64,000 nt of DNA from Sedimentisphaerales bacterium (GTDB lineage Bacteria; Planctomycetota; Phycisphaerae; Sedimentisphaerales; UBA12454): contig JBEKRK010000002.1 of NCBI GenBank assembly GCA_049518795.1, positions 564,146 through 628,145 of the forward strand, written 5' to 3'. Below the pieces are notes generated by a model. The model ran no database searches, was not told the DNA's origin, and worked only from the letters and a program-made list of their open reading frames with translations. The translations under genes and the position numbers were made by a program. Positions 1 to 9,322 of this stretch are shown piece by piece (the stretch's first letter is position 1; every line of letters starts with the position of its first letter).

Positions 1-462
1 CGTTATCCTGATTTTGTCGCCGGGGACAATCTCTGTATGAATTATCGCAGGCGTGTTTGTGCCGGTGTTTTTCCTGCCGCAGGCCTCGCGGCCTTCGAGC
101 CGAGGGTTATTTAAAGGCTTGGCGACAACACTTTTACGCAAAAAGCCTTTTTCGTAACCATTTGCCACGCCTGCATTTATGGCATCGACAACAGTTTTGT
201 TTTCCGGCGACAATTGGACATTAGAACCCAATTGAACAAAGACAACGGCCAGGCCTGTATCCTGACAAATTGGGATATTCCGGTCTTGTGCAATCTTGGC
301 GTTTTCAATAAGCTGATTCAGGATTTTCTTCGCAGATGAATTTGACTCTTTTTGCTCAGCGTTTTCAAGAGCAGTCAAAACATCCTGCGGTAATTCATAG
401 CAGCTTTTTATACTGAGCTTTTCAACTTCCGAGACAATTTTTTCAAATTGAACGGTTTTCAT
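1..462 (-). CDS. Fe-S hydro-lyase alpha subunit/N-terminal domain (class I fumarate hydratase / L-tartrate dehydratase type); N-terminal 154 codons only, gene runs off the window edge
   Basis: Own translation of the minus strand from ATG at 462: MKTVQFEKIVSEVEKLSIKSCYELPQDVLTALENAEQKESNSSAKKILNQLIENAKIAQDRNIPICQDTGLAVV. It contains the PICQDTG motif of this family. ATGA stop/start overlap with the upstream gene. Absent from the ORF track because no stop lies in the window. Confidence 0.8.
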   Translation of the reverse strand, partial: MKTVQFEKIVSEVEKLSIKSCYELPQDVLTALENAEQKESNSSAKKILNQLIENAKIAQDRNIPICQDTGLAVVFVQLGSNVQLSPENKTVVDAINAGVANGYEKGFLRKSVVAKPLNNPRLEGREACGRKNTGTNTPAIIHTEIVPGDKIRIT

Positions 463-2789
463 TTGGATTCGGCAGGCTCAGCACCGGCAATATTAACATC
501 GAAAGTTTCATACATTGTATTGCCTTCGGCATCGGATATTTTAACAGCCAAGACGTGGCGCCCCGGTTTTAAATCAGTTATCGTTATCGTAAAATCTTCT
601 TCCATCGTGTCGAAGATGCCGTCCTTTGGCAATGTTGAAATCCATTTTTCATTACTGTCGATTGTATAACTTAAACTTGCGATAATGCTGAAGGCATCTT
701 TTACTTTCAGGTCCAGCACCGCCTTTTTATTTGAAACCTGAAGTTTGTGCGATTCAATAACAGGCGGGGTATTATCGACTATTACAGGGTCGCTTATTCG
801 CGAACCCGTAAGTTTTGTGCTTTGGTCGTTGCTTAATTCGTCCGAAGCGGTAACTCTGATTTCATAGGTGCCGTCCTCGACGGTCCTGCTGTCCCATTCG
901 AAGGTTGGTTTGTCAAGTTCGTTTTTCAATTCAATCCAGCCGCTGCGTCCTGTTTTTCTGTAGTCTATTTTATATAAGAGCTGGTCGCCGTTTTCATCTT
1001 CCGCTTTCCAGTCGATTTTGAAGATGCCGGGATTGGCCTTTTTATCCGGCTTTTCTATAGCTATTTCCAGGATTTTTGGCGCCAGATTTGGTATCGCAAA
1101 AGCTGCGGCAACTTCACGAATAACAGGTGTGGAATCGGCTGTTCCTTCGAGAATCAGTTTGTATTGGCAGAACCTGCCCAAAGGCACGGAAAGGTCGGTC
1201 GGCGTTGTTATTCTTACCGGCGCCGTCCAGTTTGAAAAGGTCGGGTCGTTGACATCTTCAACGTTTCCGCTGCGGGCGGAAAGAAGAACTTTTGTGTTCG
1301 TGGGAATATCGGCGTCAAGCTGAAGTTTGCCCCATTGCGCGGGCTGGCCGGCATCGATAAGTGCGGATTCAAAACTTCCCTTTTCGGCATACGTTGACTT
1401 GAGCATTATGAGTTTAGGAGGATTTGCAGTACAAAAATACACTTCGTTATTTGCGTTGATTATGTCTGTTACCTGAGAGGCGGTCTGGTCTTCATAGATG
1501 AGGCTTTCAATTTCAGTCTGAGGATTGATACTGAAAACCTGCGCTTTGTTGCCGGTGCCGACGAGAATTTTGCCGTTCTGCATATCAAGAGCGAAAAAGA
1601 CCGCGGTGTGACTGAAAATATCGGTTACAAAGCCGTTTGGGTCGATTTTGTAGACGTGGCTTGCGGAAGATTCGCGGCCTCTTTCAAGGTTTTCCGGCGG
1701 CGGGACAGATTCCACAGGTTTGCTGTCAGGACTGGTATTTGCAATTTTAAGCGATGTTCCCCGACCAGCGACAGATGCCGATTCTTCGGATGATTCATCT
1801 TCATCCTTATTTTCCGGTCTGCCGGAAACAAACGGTTTGGGTTCCGGAGATTCTTTTAATTGTGCCTTGATTGATTTGTAAGAAGTAGCGGCTGCATATA
1901 GACTGCCTTTATTATCGAATAATAAGTCGGTAATCTCGTCTTCGCTGCTGTCGTAAAGAACTGATGTAGTTTTCTTGTCCGGTTCTATTTTATATATGAG
2001 CCCTCTTGTATCAGTGCCGGCATACAAAATCTCGTCCGAACCCATAGCAAGCGAAAGGACATTTTTGTCTTTGCATTTGTAGATAAGCTGAGGATTTTTA
2101 CCTTTATTGTCGAGACGCCATATTTTGCCTTGCGGACCTGTGCCGAGAAAGATATTTCCATTTTTATCGAGTTCAATGGCGAATATATATGATGTTTCGT
2201 TCGGCTCGAAAATCGTTTCTGTTGTTTTGCCGTCGATTCGAATAAGACTGCATTTATCGCCGCTTATGCCGGCAAGGACTTTGCCCCAGGAATCAATGGC
2301 CAATTTGAAAACGTGCAGATTTTGAATGTGTTTCTCAGCGACGACCTGCGGCTCGCCTCGCTTCGCGGTCGAAGCAGGTTTATTGGGTTCGTTAGGCTCG
2401 TTTGGCTCGACAGGCTCACCACGGGCGGGCTCTTTTGTTTCTTTTGGTTTTTTCGGTATTTTTTTCTCAAGAGGGTAAATACATTCGGTTTTGCCGTCTT
2501 TGAACCTGAAGATTTTGCCATCAGGACTTGTGCCGATGTATATTGAACCGTCTCTGGCCCGCACGATTGAATTTATTACCCAGACATCGTTAAAATCCTC
2601 GCTAAGCAATTGCGTTGCCGCCGCAAGCGTGATATTGCCGCGGGAATTTATCACGGTGTCCTGTGTTTTTCCTTTTGAGAAATCGTCCATTGATTTTTGC
2701 CTGACGATTTTACTTGTAACGGCAGGGCAATTGGCGGCAAAAACGGCAACTGCCAAAATGCAAAAGAGTTTTTTCATATCGAGCCTCAT
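459..2789 (-). CDS. secreted repeat protein, beta-propeller-like N-terminal half and Ig/FN3-like C-terminal half (function unknown)
   Basis: 776-aa ORF with a signal peptide (KKLFCILAVAVFAANCPA). Recurring GT(S/G)PxGKIxR blade-like motifs. PEPNEPNEPNKP low-complexity linker. Stop overlaps the next start. Confidence 0.75.
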   Translation of the reverse strand: MRLDMKKLFCILAVAVFAANCPAVTSKIVRQKSMDDFSKGKTQDTVINSRGNITLAAATQLLSEDFNDVWVINSIVRARDGSIYIGTSPDGKIFRFKDGKTECIYPLEKKIPKKPKETKEPARGEPVEPNEPNEPNKPASTAKRGEPQVVAEKHIQNLHVFKLAIDSWGKVLAGISGDKCSLIRIDGKTTETIFEPNETSYIFAIELDKNGNIFLGTGPQGKIWRLDNKGKNPQLIYKCKDKNVLSLAMGSDEILYAGTDTRGLIYKIEPDKKTTSVLYDSSEDEITDLLFDNKGSLYAAATSYKSIKAQLKESPEPKPFVSGRPENKDEDESSEESASVAGRGTSLKIANTSPDSKPVESVPPPENLERGRESSASHVYKIDPNGFVTDIFSHTAVFFALDMQNGKILVGTGNKAQVFSINPQTEIESLIYEDQTASQVTDIINANNEVYFCTANPPKLIMLKSTYAEKGSFESALIDAGQPAQWGKLQLDADIPTNTKVLLSARSGNVEDVNDPTFSNWTAPVRITTPTDLSVPLGRFCQYKLILEGTADSTPVIREVAAAFAIPNLAPKILEIAIEKPDKKANPGIFKIDWKAEDENGDQLLYKIDYRKTGRSGWIELKNELDKPTFEWDSRTVEDGTYEIRVTASDELSNDQSTKLTGSRISDPVIVDNTPPVIESHKLQVSNKKAVLDLKVKDAFSIIASLSYTIDSNEKWISTLPKDGIFDTMEEDFTITITDLKPGRHVLAVKISDAEGNTMYETFDVNIAGAEPAESK

Positions 2790-2799
2790 TTTATGATTT

Positions 2800-4647
2800 T
2801 TATTGTTTTTCCACTACTATATCGATTGTCCTGTTATCAATAACAATGGTATCGAGCGGTATTGTTTTTTCGAGCCATTGGCCGGCAGGTTTTGCGACAA
2901 TAGAGCGTTTTTCATTATTTAAAAGCATAGTTTTACTAAGCGGCAACTGGGGCAGCTGGGCAGTTTCAATCGCAATTCCGCCGGGAGGCAGAATAAGGAT
3001 TAAGTGCAGGTCATTTCTTTTTGTATTGGCGATGCTGTTTATAATGCTAATCAGGCTCGGCAGATTTTCAGGAACATATCTGTAAGGAGCTGCTTTGATT
3101 ATAAATTGGGTGTATTCTTCTGCGCCGCCGAGCAGGAGTTTGTAATTGCCTGGCTGGATATTGTCGGGAATGGTAATCGTCTGTTTGTAATTTTTCAGGC
3201 CGGTAAGATACGACTCCAGCGTTATCGAGGCTGTTATCGTCTGGCCGGGTTTTACCGTTGTATCCGATACATCGAAGCTCCATATATGGGAGATTGCCGT
3301 TTTGGGTAGGATTTTGACTTCAAAATCAAGCGAAGTTATCGCGGCCCTGTCATAAGGATTGTTCATAATAAGGGTCAGAGCACCAATGCTGTCGAAAAGA
3401 TAATCTTCGAGTTTGGCATCGCTTGAGAAATTTTCCATATAGACCGGCTCGTAGCCGTCGATACCAATTTTGGCCTTGTATTGAATCGAGTGTTCAACGG
3501 GAAGGGGGCCGAGCATTTCGGCTGTTCCCGCCAGGCAGATTTTGGCCAAAAGCGGCGTGTAAAAGTGGTGCGATACAATTTGACAATCATAAGTTCGTAT
3601 TTTTTCGTCGTTGAACCGTTCTACCGTCAGGCGCATAGGTATCATCGTCGCCTTTCTGCCGATAGTGCCGACAACAGCGGTTGACTCGTCGGCATATAAA
3701 GCGCCTTTAACATCGATTACCTGTCCGAATTTGAACGACCGGACAAGACCTGCCACAATGGTATGAACATAGCCGGTTGCCATAGGGACATCAATCGGGC
3801 CTTCACCTGTAAAACTATGGCCGAAACCGTAAATTTTGTTATCGACCACATCGGTAATTGTGCCGATAACGGCCAATTCGATATCGCCGTAAACAAGCGG
3901 CAAAGCAAGTATGCCGCCGGGTTTCATAGGAACATCCAAATACTCGGACAGCTTTCCTGAAGCGCCGGCTGATACCGGCAAAAGACCGGCAGATTCGAAA
4001 ATGCCGGCGGAATCTACAAAGGATTCCTGAGGCAATGTAGTGGTTATCGGGCAGGGCAGCCAGCTTATGCCGGTTTTAGGAGGCTGATTATTTTTAAAGT
4101 TAATTATCTGGTTGTATGCTGTTTTAAGGTCAACAGGTTTTGAAAAATCCAGAGCAGGAGCCGGAGATGTTTTTGCCGCCGGCGTATAAGCGCCTGCCCG
4201 CAGCATTTCTTCAATGGGAGTAACGCCATAAAGCGGGTCTTTGCTGAACGTCCAGGCAAATGCAAGTGCGCCGGCAAGTCTGTTGTTTATATATACCGGC
4301 GAACCGCTGCAGCCTGCGACAGGACCTGTATGAATAAATCTTTCATCAGTCCCCATTACGAGAATCGCATTTCTGCCGGGTTCTAAACCTTTGACAACGT
4401 CCACGACCTTGAGATTAAACCTCTCAATCTCCACCCCTTTATAAACAGTCAGGCATACGGCATCCATTCCGGGCTTGATTTCATCGATAGTTATGTATCT
4501 TGTTTTGTCGATTTGGCCGGCCTGCAGCCGCGAAGGCACAAAGGCACAAAGGAAAAAAATAGAAAATAAAAAACAACATACTGTATTTACGATACTTATG
4601 CGATTGTTAATCATAAGGCTTTCCTGTGAACGTCTGTTTTGTTCCAT
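2800..4647 (-). CDS. SpoIVB-type (peptidase S55-like) serine peptidase, membrane anchored
   Basis: 615-aa ORF with an N-terminal hydrophobic anchor. The segment GPVAGCSGSPVYINNRLAGALAF resembles the SpoIVB active-site serine context. Confidence 0.6.
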   Translation of the reverse strand: MEQNRRSQESLMINNRISIVNTVCCFLFSIFFLCAFVPSRLQAGQIDKTRYITIDEIKPGMDAVCLTVYKGVEIERFNLKVVDVVKGLEPGRNAILVMGTDERFIHTGPVAGCSGSPVYINNRLAGALAFAWTFSKDPLYGVTPIEEMLRAGAYTPAAKTSPAPALDFSKPVDLKTAYNQIINFKNNQPPKTGISWLPCPITTTLPQESFVDSAGIFESAGLLPVSAGASGKLSEYLDVPMKPGGILALPLVYGDIELAVIGTITDVVDNKIYGFGHSFTGEGPIDVPMATGYVHTIVAGLVRSFKFGQVIDVKGALYADESTAVVGTIGRKATMIPMRLTVERFNDEKIRTYDCQIVSHHFYTPLLAKICLAGTAEMLGPLPVEHSIQYKAKIGIDGYEPVYMENFSSDAKLEDYLFDSIGALTLIMNNPYDRAAITSLDFEVKILPKTAISHIWSFDVSDTTVKPGQTITASITLESYLTGLKNYKQTITIPDNIQPGNYKLLLGGAEEYTQFIIKAAPYRYVPENLPSLISIINSIANTKRNDLHLILILPPGGIAIETAQLPQLPLSKTMLLNNEKRSIVAKPAGQWLEKTIPLDTIVIDNRTIDIVVEKQ

Positions 4648-4755
4648 AAAGTAGGGATTTTAGTGTATAAAACAGATATTGCAAGTTAAAAGACAAAAGA
4701 CTATAATTCATTGTTTATCTATTATTAAATCCGATTTTAAAAAGGGAAAAACAAG

Positions 4756-5562
4756 ATGAAAACAGAGCGACGTCACGAACTGGCAACGAATGAGCTTGCC
4801 GACTGGATAGTGCATTTTCCACAGTGGTTTAAGGATAACCAGACGACCATAATAGTCGGTGCGGTTGTAGTTGCAGGTCTGATTGCCTATACAATATTCT
4901 ATTACAGCAGGCAAAGCAATATCGTTGAGGAAAAACAAGCGATTGCTACCGTTTTGCTTGAACAGCTCGACTATGAAAAAGATACTGTCATAGAAGGTAA
5001 AGCAGAAGGATTGGGTGTTTCAGATATCTTTCTTAACACGGCAGGAAGCCTTCAGAACGCTGCCGAGGAAACTGACAATCCGCTTATGGCTGCGCTTGAT
5101 ATGATTAAAAGGGCAGAGGCCCTTCGTACCGAGCTTCACTATCGTCCAAAGCCTGCCGAGCTGGATGTTCGAAAGAATCAACTTCAGCAGGCCAGAGATA
5201 TTTACCAGCAGGCTCTTGAAAAAGCCAAAGGCAACCCTGATATATCAGCTATGGCTGAATACGGAACGGTGTTAAGTCTTGAAGATATGGGTGATTTTGA
5301 AGGCGCCCAAAAACTATATGAAAAAATAGCCGATACAGCGGAATATAAGGGCAGCTCTTATGCGGCAAGGGCAAAATTTCGCCAGAAAGTCCTGAGCGAC
5401 TATAAAGAAAAAGTCTTTTTTGCTCAGGCGTTAAAGCCGGTTGAACAGCCTGTTGAGCCTAATGCCCGGCCAATACCGGCGCCGCTGGATTTGGAATCGC
5501 CATCGACCGATATTAATAAGACAATCCAGGATGACCTGGAAATAAATTTGCCGACTCAATAA
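4756..5562 (+). CDS. membrane-anchored helical/TPR-like protein (YfgM-like architecture, function unknown)
   Basis: 268-aa ORF with a single TM helix (TTIIVGAVVVAGLIAYTIFYY) followed by a helical-repeat region. Confidence 0.65.
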   Translation: MKTERRHELATNELADWIVHFPQWFKDNQTTIIVGAVVVAGLIAYTIFYYSRQSNIVEEKQAIATVLLEQLDYEKDTVIEGKAEGLGVSDIFLNTAGSLQNAAEETDNPLMAALDMIKRAEALRTELHYRPKPAELDVRKNQLQQARDIYQQALEKAKGNPDISAMAEYGTVLSLEDMGDFEGAQKLYEKIADTAEYKGSSYAARAKFRQKVLSDYKEKVFFAQALKPVEQPVEPNARPIPAPLDLESPSTDINKTIQDDLEINLPTQ

Positions 5563-5568
5563 TCAGCG

Positions 5569-6654
5569 ATGGACGAGGAAAAATTTACAGGGGAAAACTT
5601 AAACGGGTCGAATAACTCCGCTTTAGGCGAGACCTCGCCTTTGGGCGGGCAGGAATTGCTTGAGACGGAAGGCGCCGAGCATCTTTCATTGCGGGTTGGA
5701 AACAACATAACGAATCGCAGATTAGACAAATATCTCCAGGGCAGATTAAGTCAATTCAGCAGAACTACTATCCAGAAGCTGATAAAAGAGCAGGGGATAA
5801 CAGTAAACGCCAAATATGTAAAGCCCAGCACCAAACTTTCGCCGGGCGACACTGTGGATTTGATTCTGCCTCCGCCGGAGATTAAGGAGATTATTCCTGA
5901 AGATATTCCATTAAATGTTATTTATGAAGATGAGGATATTCTTGTTATAAATAAGCAGGCGGACTTGATTGTTCATCCGGCAAGAGGCTTTAAAAAAGGC
6001 ACGCTTGTAAATGCACTTGTTTATTACGCAAAACAACATTCAAAGCAGCTTTCGAAGGGCAGCGAGGAATTCCGCCCCGGCATAGTTCACAGGCTCGACC
6101 GCAATACTACCGGCGTCCTCGTTATCGCAAAAAATGATACTGCACACTGGCGGCTGGCAAGACAATTTGAAATGAGACAAACAAAGAAGCATTATCTTGC
6201 GATTGTGCACGGAACGCCGGAACTTTCAGCGGATTGCATAAATAAGCCGCTTGCTGTTCATCCGATAATACGCGAGAGATTTGCAGTCAGGCCGGAAATC
6301 GGCAAAGAAGCGATTACATATTATGAAGTTCTTGAAAAATTCAGGGGTTATTCACTGCTCAAGCTTGATATAAGAACCGGCAGGACACATCAAATTCGCG
6401 TTCATATGTCTTATATCAAACACCCCATAGTCGGCGATGAAATGTATGGCGGAAAAATCGTCTATCGCTGGCAGATTGAGGATAAAGAGGCCAAGCCCCA
6501 GGAGCCGCTTTTGGCAAGACCTGCTCTTCACGCCTGGCAGCTCAAATTGACGCATCCGACGACAAACAAGAAAATGACGTTTGAAGCTCCATTTCCGCAG
6601 GATATGCAGCAATTACTGGAAGAATTACGGAAATACAGAAAAACAGGCGTGTGA
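5569..6654 (+). CDS. rluD: 23S rRNA pseudouridine synthase, RluD/RluA family, with long N-terminal extension
   Basis: S4-like region, then the HRLDRNTTGVLVIAK catalytic motif and the RTGRTHQIRVH motif. Confidence 0.9.
   Translation: MDEEKFTGENLNGSNNSALGETSPLGGQELLETEGAEHLSLRVGNNITNRRLDKYLQGRLSQFSRTTIQKLIKEQGITVNAKYVKPSTKLSPGDTVDLILPPPEIKEIIPEDIPLNVIYEDEDILVINKQADLIVHPARGFKKGTLVNALVYYAKQHSKQLSKGSEEFRPGIVHRLDRNTTGVLVIAKNDTAHWRLARQFEMRQTKKHYLAIVHGTPELSADCINKPLAVHPIIRERFAVRPEIGKEAITYYEVLEKFRGYSLLKLDIRTGRTHQIRVHMSYIKHPIVGDEMYGGKIVYRWQIEDKEAKPQEPLLARPALHAWQLKLTHPTTNKKMTFEAPFPQDMQQLLEELRKYRKTGV
5618..5649. repeat. family-1 palindromic repeat (CCGCnTTnGGCGAGACCTCGCCnnnGGGCGG), intragenic copy
   Basis: ccgctttaggcgagacctcgcctttgggcggg, translated as SALGETSPLGG inside rluD. 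Confidence 0.8.
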
Positions 6655-6669
6655 GTTCGTTGAGGCTAT

Positions 6670-7038
6670 TTATTTTTGATTTTTGTATTTTTCCAAAAGC
6701 CCTTTGACCTGTATGCCATCAATTTGGCAGTTCTGGATTTTGACGTTTGACAAATTGCATTTGGTTAAACTGGAGCTGTTTAAGTCACACTCGTCGAAAA
6801 TCAAGGGTCTCTGCCTGCCTTTTGGGCCTTCCGGGGGCAAACCAATGTGCTGGAATTTTGTTCCTCCCATTTGCGCGGCGGTAAATGAAACATCGCTGAA
6901 ATTGATATTGTGAAAACCGGCCCCGGATAGATTTACATTATCAAATTTTGCTTTGCAAAGATTGACATTGTGAAATTCTGATTCACTCAAGTTAGCATTT
7001 TGTGCGAGATGTTTTCCGCATTTTATTGTTTCTTCCAT
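6670..7038 (-). CDS. pentapeptide repeat protein
   Basis: Runs of A(D/N)LxX-type pentapeptides: NLSESEFHNVNLCKAKFDNVNLSGAGFHNINFSDVSF. Confidence 0.8.
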   Translation of the reverse strand: MEETIKCGKHLAQNANLSESEFHNVNLCKAKFDNVNLSGAGFHNINFSDVSFTAAQMGGTKFQHIGLPPEGPKGRQRPLIFDECDLNSSSLTKCNLSNVKIQNCQIDGIQVKGLLEKYKNQK

Positions 7039-7107
7039 TTCGACCTTTCTGGTTTAAAAGACAATATTTTATACAGACTGTGGCAGTTTGGCAAGATCTT
7101 CGTCCGA

Positions 7108-7205
7108 ACAAATAAAAACCCCGCCCCCTGTGCTTTCTTGCATGCCTCTGCGATTCTCATCGCAAGATGAGGCAGCAGGCGAAAGCAAGAACAGGGGGCG
7201 GGATT
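7108..7205 (-). terminator. compound hairpin plus T-tract downstream of the HAF/PEP-CTERM gene
   Basis: Arms aaccccgccccctgt..ttcttgc (7117-7141) and gcaagaacagggggcgggatt (7185-7205) enclose an inner hairpin ctcatc-gcaa-gatgag. On the minus strand the structure is followed by ttttatttg. Confidence 0.55.
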
Positions 7206-7231
7206 GGAAATTTTGCCGAAATTAACACATA

Positions 7232-8383
7232 TTATGCGGTTTTTCTCCTTAAAAGAGTAAGCCCTCCAAACGTTAGCAGGCAAATTGTTGCCGGTTCGGG
7301 TATAGGTTGCCAAAGGATTGCGTGACTATTGGCCCCCATGTCATCAGTTGCATAGCCGACGATGTTGCCATTTATGTCGATACCTTCGGCAAAAGAATTG
7401 GTGAAATTACCCGGCAGGAACTGGTGCAAATCAATGTAGTTCTCGGCTGAGCCGTTCCAGAGCAGGGCGTGGGCGTGGTTGCTCGTGATCTCGCCATATC
7501 CGACCTGCTGTGTGCCGTTGGTGCCGTAGGCAACAGAACCGTAGAATCCAGCAGGGGTCAAATTGACATAGCTGTCGGCGGAGCCATTCCAGAGCAGGGC
7601 CTGGCCATCGCCACATCCGACCTGCTGTGTGCCGCTGATGCTGTAGGCATAAGACTGGCTGAACCCGGTGGGATTCAAATCGACGCAAGTTTCGGCCGAG
7701 CCATTCCAGAGAAGGGCGTGGTCGTAGTGCGTAGCCGGCCAGTAGCCACTACCAACCTGTTGTGTGCCGCTGATGTCGAAGGCACGAGATTTACCGAACC
7801 CGCTGGGGTTCAAATCGACGTAATTGTCTGGGGAGCCATTCCAGAGTAGGGCGTGGTCGCCGCCGTAGCCCGTAGCCTTGCCATTGCCATAGCCGACCTG
7901 CTGTGTGCCGTTGGTGCCATAGGCATAAGAATTGTCGAAGCCATTTGGGTTCAAGTCTACGCAGCTTGCCGCACTGCCACTCCAAAGAAAGGCGTGGTCG
8001 TAGAGCGTGTAGACCGTGATTGGAACGCCTCCCCAGCCGACCTGCTGTATGCCGTTGGTGCTGTAGGCATAAGAACTACTGAACTCAATGGGGTTCAAAT
8101 CGACATAGCCGGTTGCCGAGCCGTTCCAGAGCAGAGCGTGGCAGTAGTAGCCTGTGGCCGAACCAGAACCATAGCCGGCCTGCTGCGTGCCGCTGACCCC
8201 AAAAGCATAAGAGGTAGTAAATCCGCTGGGATTTAAATCTATTGCTGTGTAGGTTGTTCCCCAGGCAGGGTTTGCTGCGCCGGCTGCAAAAACCATCGCT
8301 GCGAAAAACACTAAATAGACATTCCTTCCATCTTCGCCAAGGCTTCGGCGGATAAAGTTGTGGCTTACAATTAACTTTTTCAT
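7232..8383 (-). CDS. PEP-CTERM protein with seven HAF-type extracellular repeats
   Basis: Signal peptide. Seven units of HALLWNGSAxxYVDLNPxGFxxSYAYGxxGTQQVGxG. C-terminus IPEPATICLLTFGGLTLLRRKTA. SD aaaaggagagg lies upstream. Confidence 0.85.
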   Translation of the reverse strand: MKKLIVSHNFIRRSLGEDGRNVYLVFFAAMVFAAGAANPAWGTTYTAIDLNPSGFTTSYAFGVSGTQQAGYGSGSATGYYCHALLWNGSATGYVDLNPIEFSSSYAYSTNGIQQVGWGGVPITVYTLYDHAFLWSGSAASCVDLNPNGFDNSYAYGTNGTQQVGYGNGKATGYGGDHALLWNGSPDNYVDLNPSGFGKSRAFDISGTQQVGSGYWPATHYDHALLWNGSAETCVDLNPTGFSQSYAYSISGTQQVGCGDGQALLWNGSADSYVNLTPAGFYGSVAYGTNGTQQVGYGEITSNHAHALLWNGSAENYIDLHQFLPGNFTNSFAEGIDINGNIVGYATDDMGANSHAILWQPIPEPATICLLTFGGLTLLRRKTA

Positions 8384-8423
8384 AACTTACCTCTCCTTTT
8401 ACTGTTTGTTTTTTTATTTATTG

Positions 8424-9221
8424 TTATTTTTTCCTTCTTGTGAAAATTAATGACCCTAAAGCCAGCAGGCAAATCGTGGCCGGTTCAGGTGTCACAACTA
8501 CAGAATCGCCTCCGCTATAAGTTAAAATTGAATAGGTACAGCTCACAGTGATAGGTGCCTCGCTGGCCACCCAGGCAAAATAATCATCCATCGCAGCTTG
8601 GGCAGTAGGGAGTTCTGAAGTTACCTTCGGCCACCATGCATTTCCAGCTCCTGCATATATAATTTCATCTACCAGCGTCGTACCATTGCCGGACATGTAA
8701 ACCACATCATCTGTCCCTCCTTTTTTTCTGTCTGCACCCCATGAAATGCCCCACCGATAGTAATTATAAGCCTTGCCGACAAAGTTACTCACAACCTTCA
8801 ACGAATCACACGGGTCGCTGCTGTGTATCTCATACGACAGGTTTTCCAGTTTGAACTGTGTGGTCCCGTCACCATAGGCATGCAGCCCAAAATGCATTCG
8901 ATTGCCATATTCGTTGTTAAATGGTGATGGAGGATCCACTTCTCCACGCCAACTCTTGAACGAGGTCACAACAATTTCTCCTGCACCAACCATATCCGGC
9001 GCCCTTTCGTAGGCTGTCGGGTCTGTTGCACGGTCTCCATTAACGCTCAATCCGTTTTCCAGTGCATACATAGACTTGGTTACGTACCCACTCCAACTGG
9101 CTGAACCGGATGCGTTCGGTGCCGAAGAGGCATAAACGTCCATTATAATCGTACCAAGACTTATTGTCTGAAAACAGGGACAAAACACCAACATTGATAA
9201 AACGGTAATTAACTTTTTCAT
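8424..9221 (-). CDS. PEP-CTERM secreted protein
   Basis: Signal peptide. C-terminus VTPEPATICLLALGSLIFTRRKK. SD aaaggag lies upstream. Confidence 0.85.
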   Translation of the reverse strand: MKKLITVLSMLVFCPCFQTISLGTIIMDVYASSAPNASGSASWSGYVTKSMYALENGLSVNGDRATDPTAYERAPDMVGAGEIVVTSFKSWRGEVDPPSPFNNEYGNRMHFGLHAYGDGTTQFKLENLSYEIHSSDPCDSLKVVSNFVGKAYNYYRWGISWGADRKKGGTDDVVYMSGNGTTLVDEIIYAGAGNAWWPKVTSELPTAQAAMDDYFAWVASEAPITVSCTYSILTYSGGDSVVVTPEPATICLLALGSLIFTRRKK

Positions 9222-9243
9222 TTGAGTTTACTCCTTTACCATT

Positions 9244-9313
9244 GCCACAAAGACACCAAGGCACTAAGTTTTTTAAATATATATTTTTCTTCGTGTCTTA
9301 GCGCCTTCGTGGC
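9244..9313. repeat. family-3 hairpin repeat built from (G/A)CACnAAG octamers with an AT-rich loop
   Basis: gccacaaagacaccaaggcactaag - loop ttttttaaatatatatttttc - cttcgtgtcttagcgccttcgtggc. Lies between two PEP-CTERM cistrons. Confidence 0.8.
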
Positions 9314-9322
9314 TAATTTTTA

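Noticed and set aside
7469-8236. Long plus-strand ORFs (126 and 127 aa) and several minus-frame ORFs inside the HAF-repeat gene.
   Set aside because: They are artefacts of the periodic repeat DNA. Only the 383-aa minus-strand frame has a signal peptide, an SD and a PEP-CTERM end.
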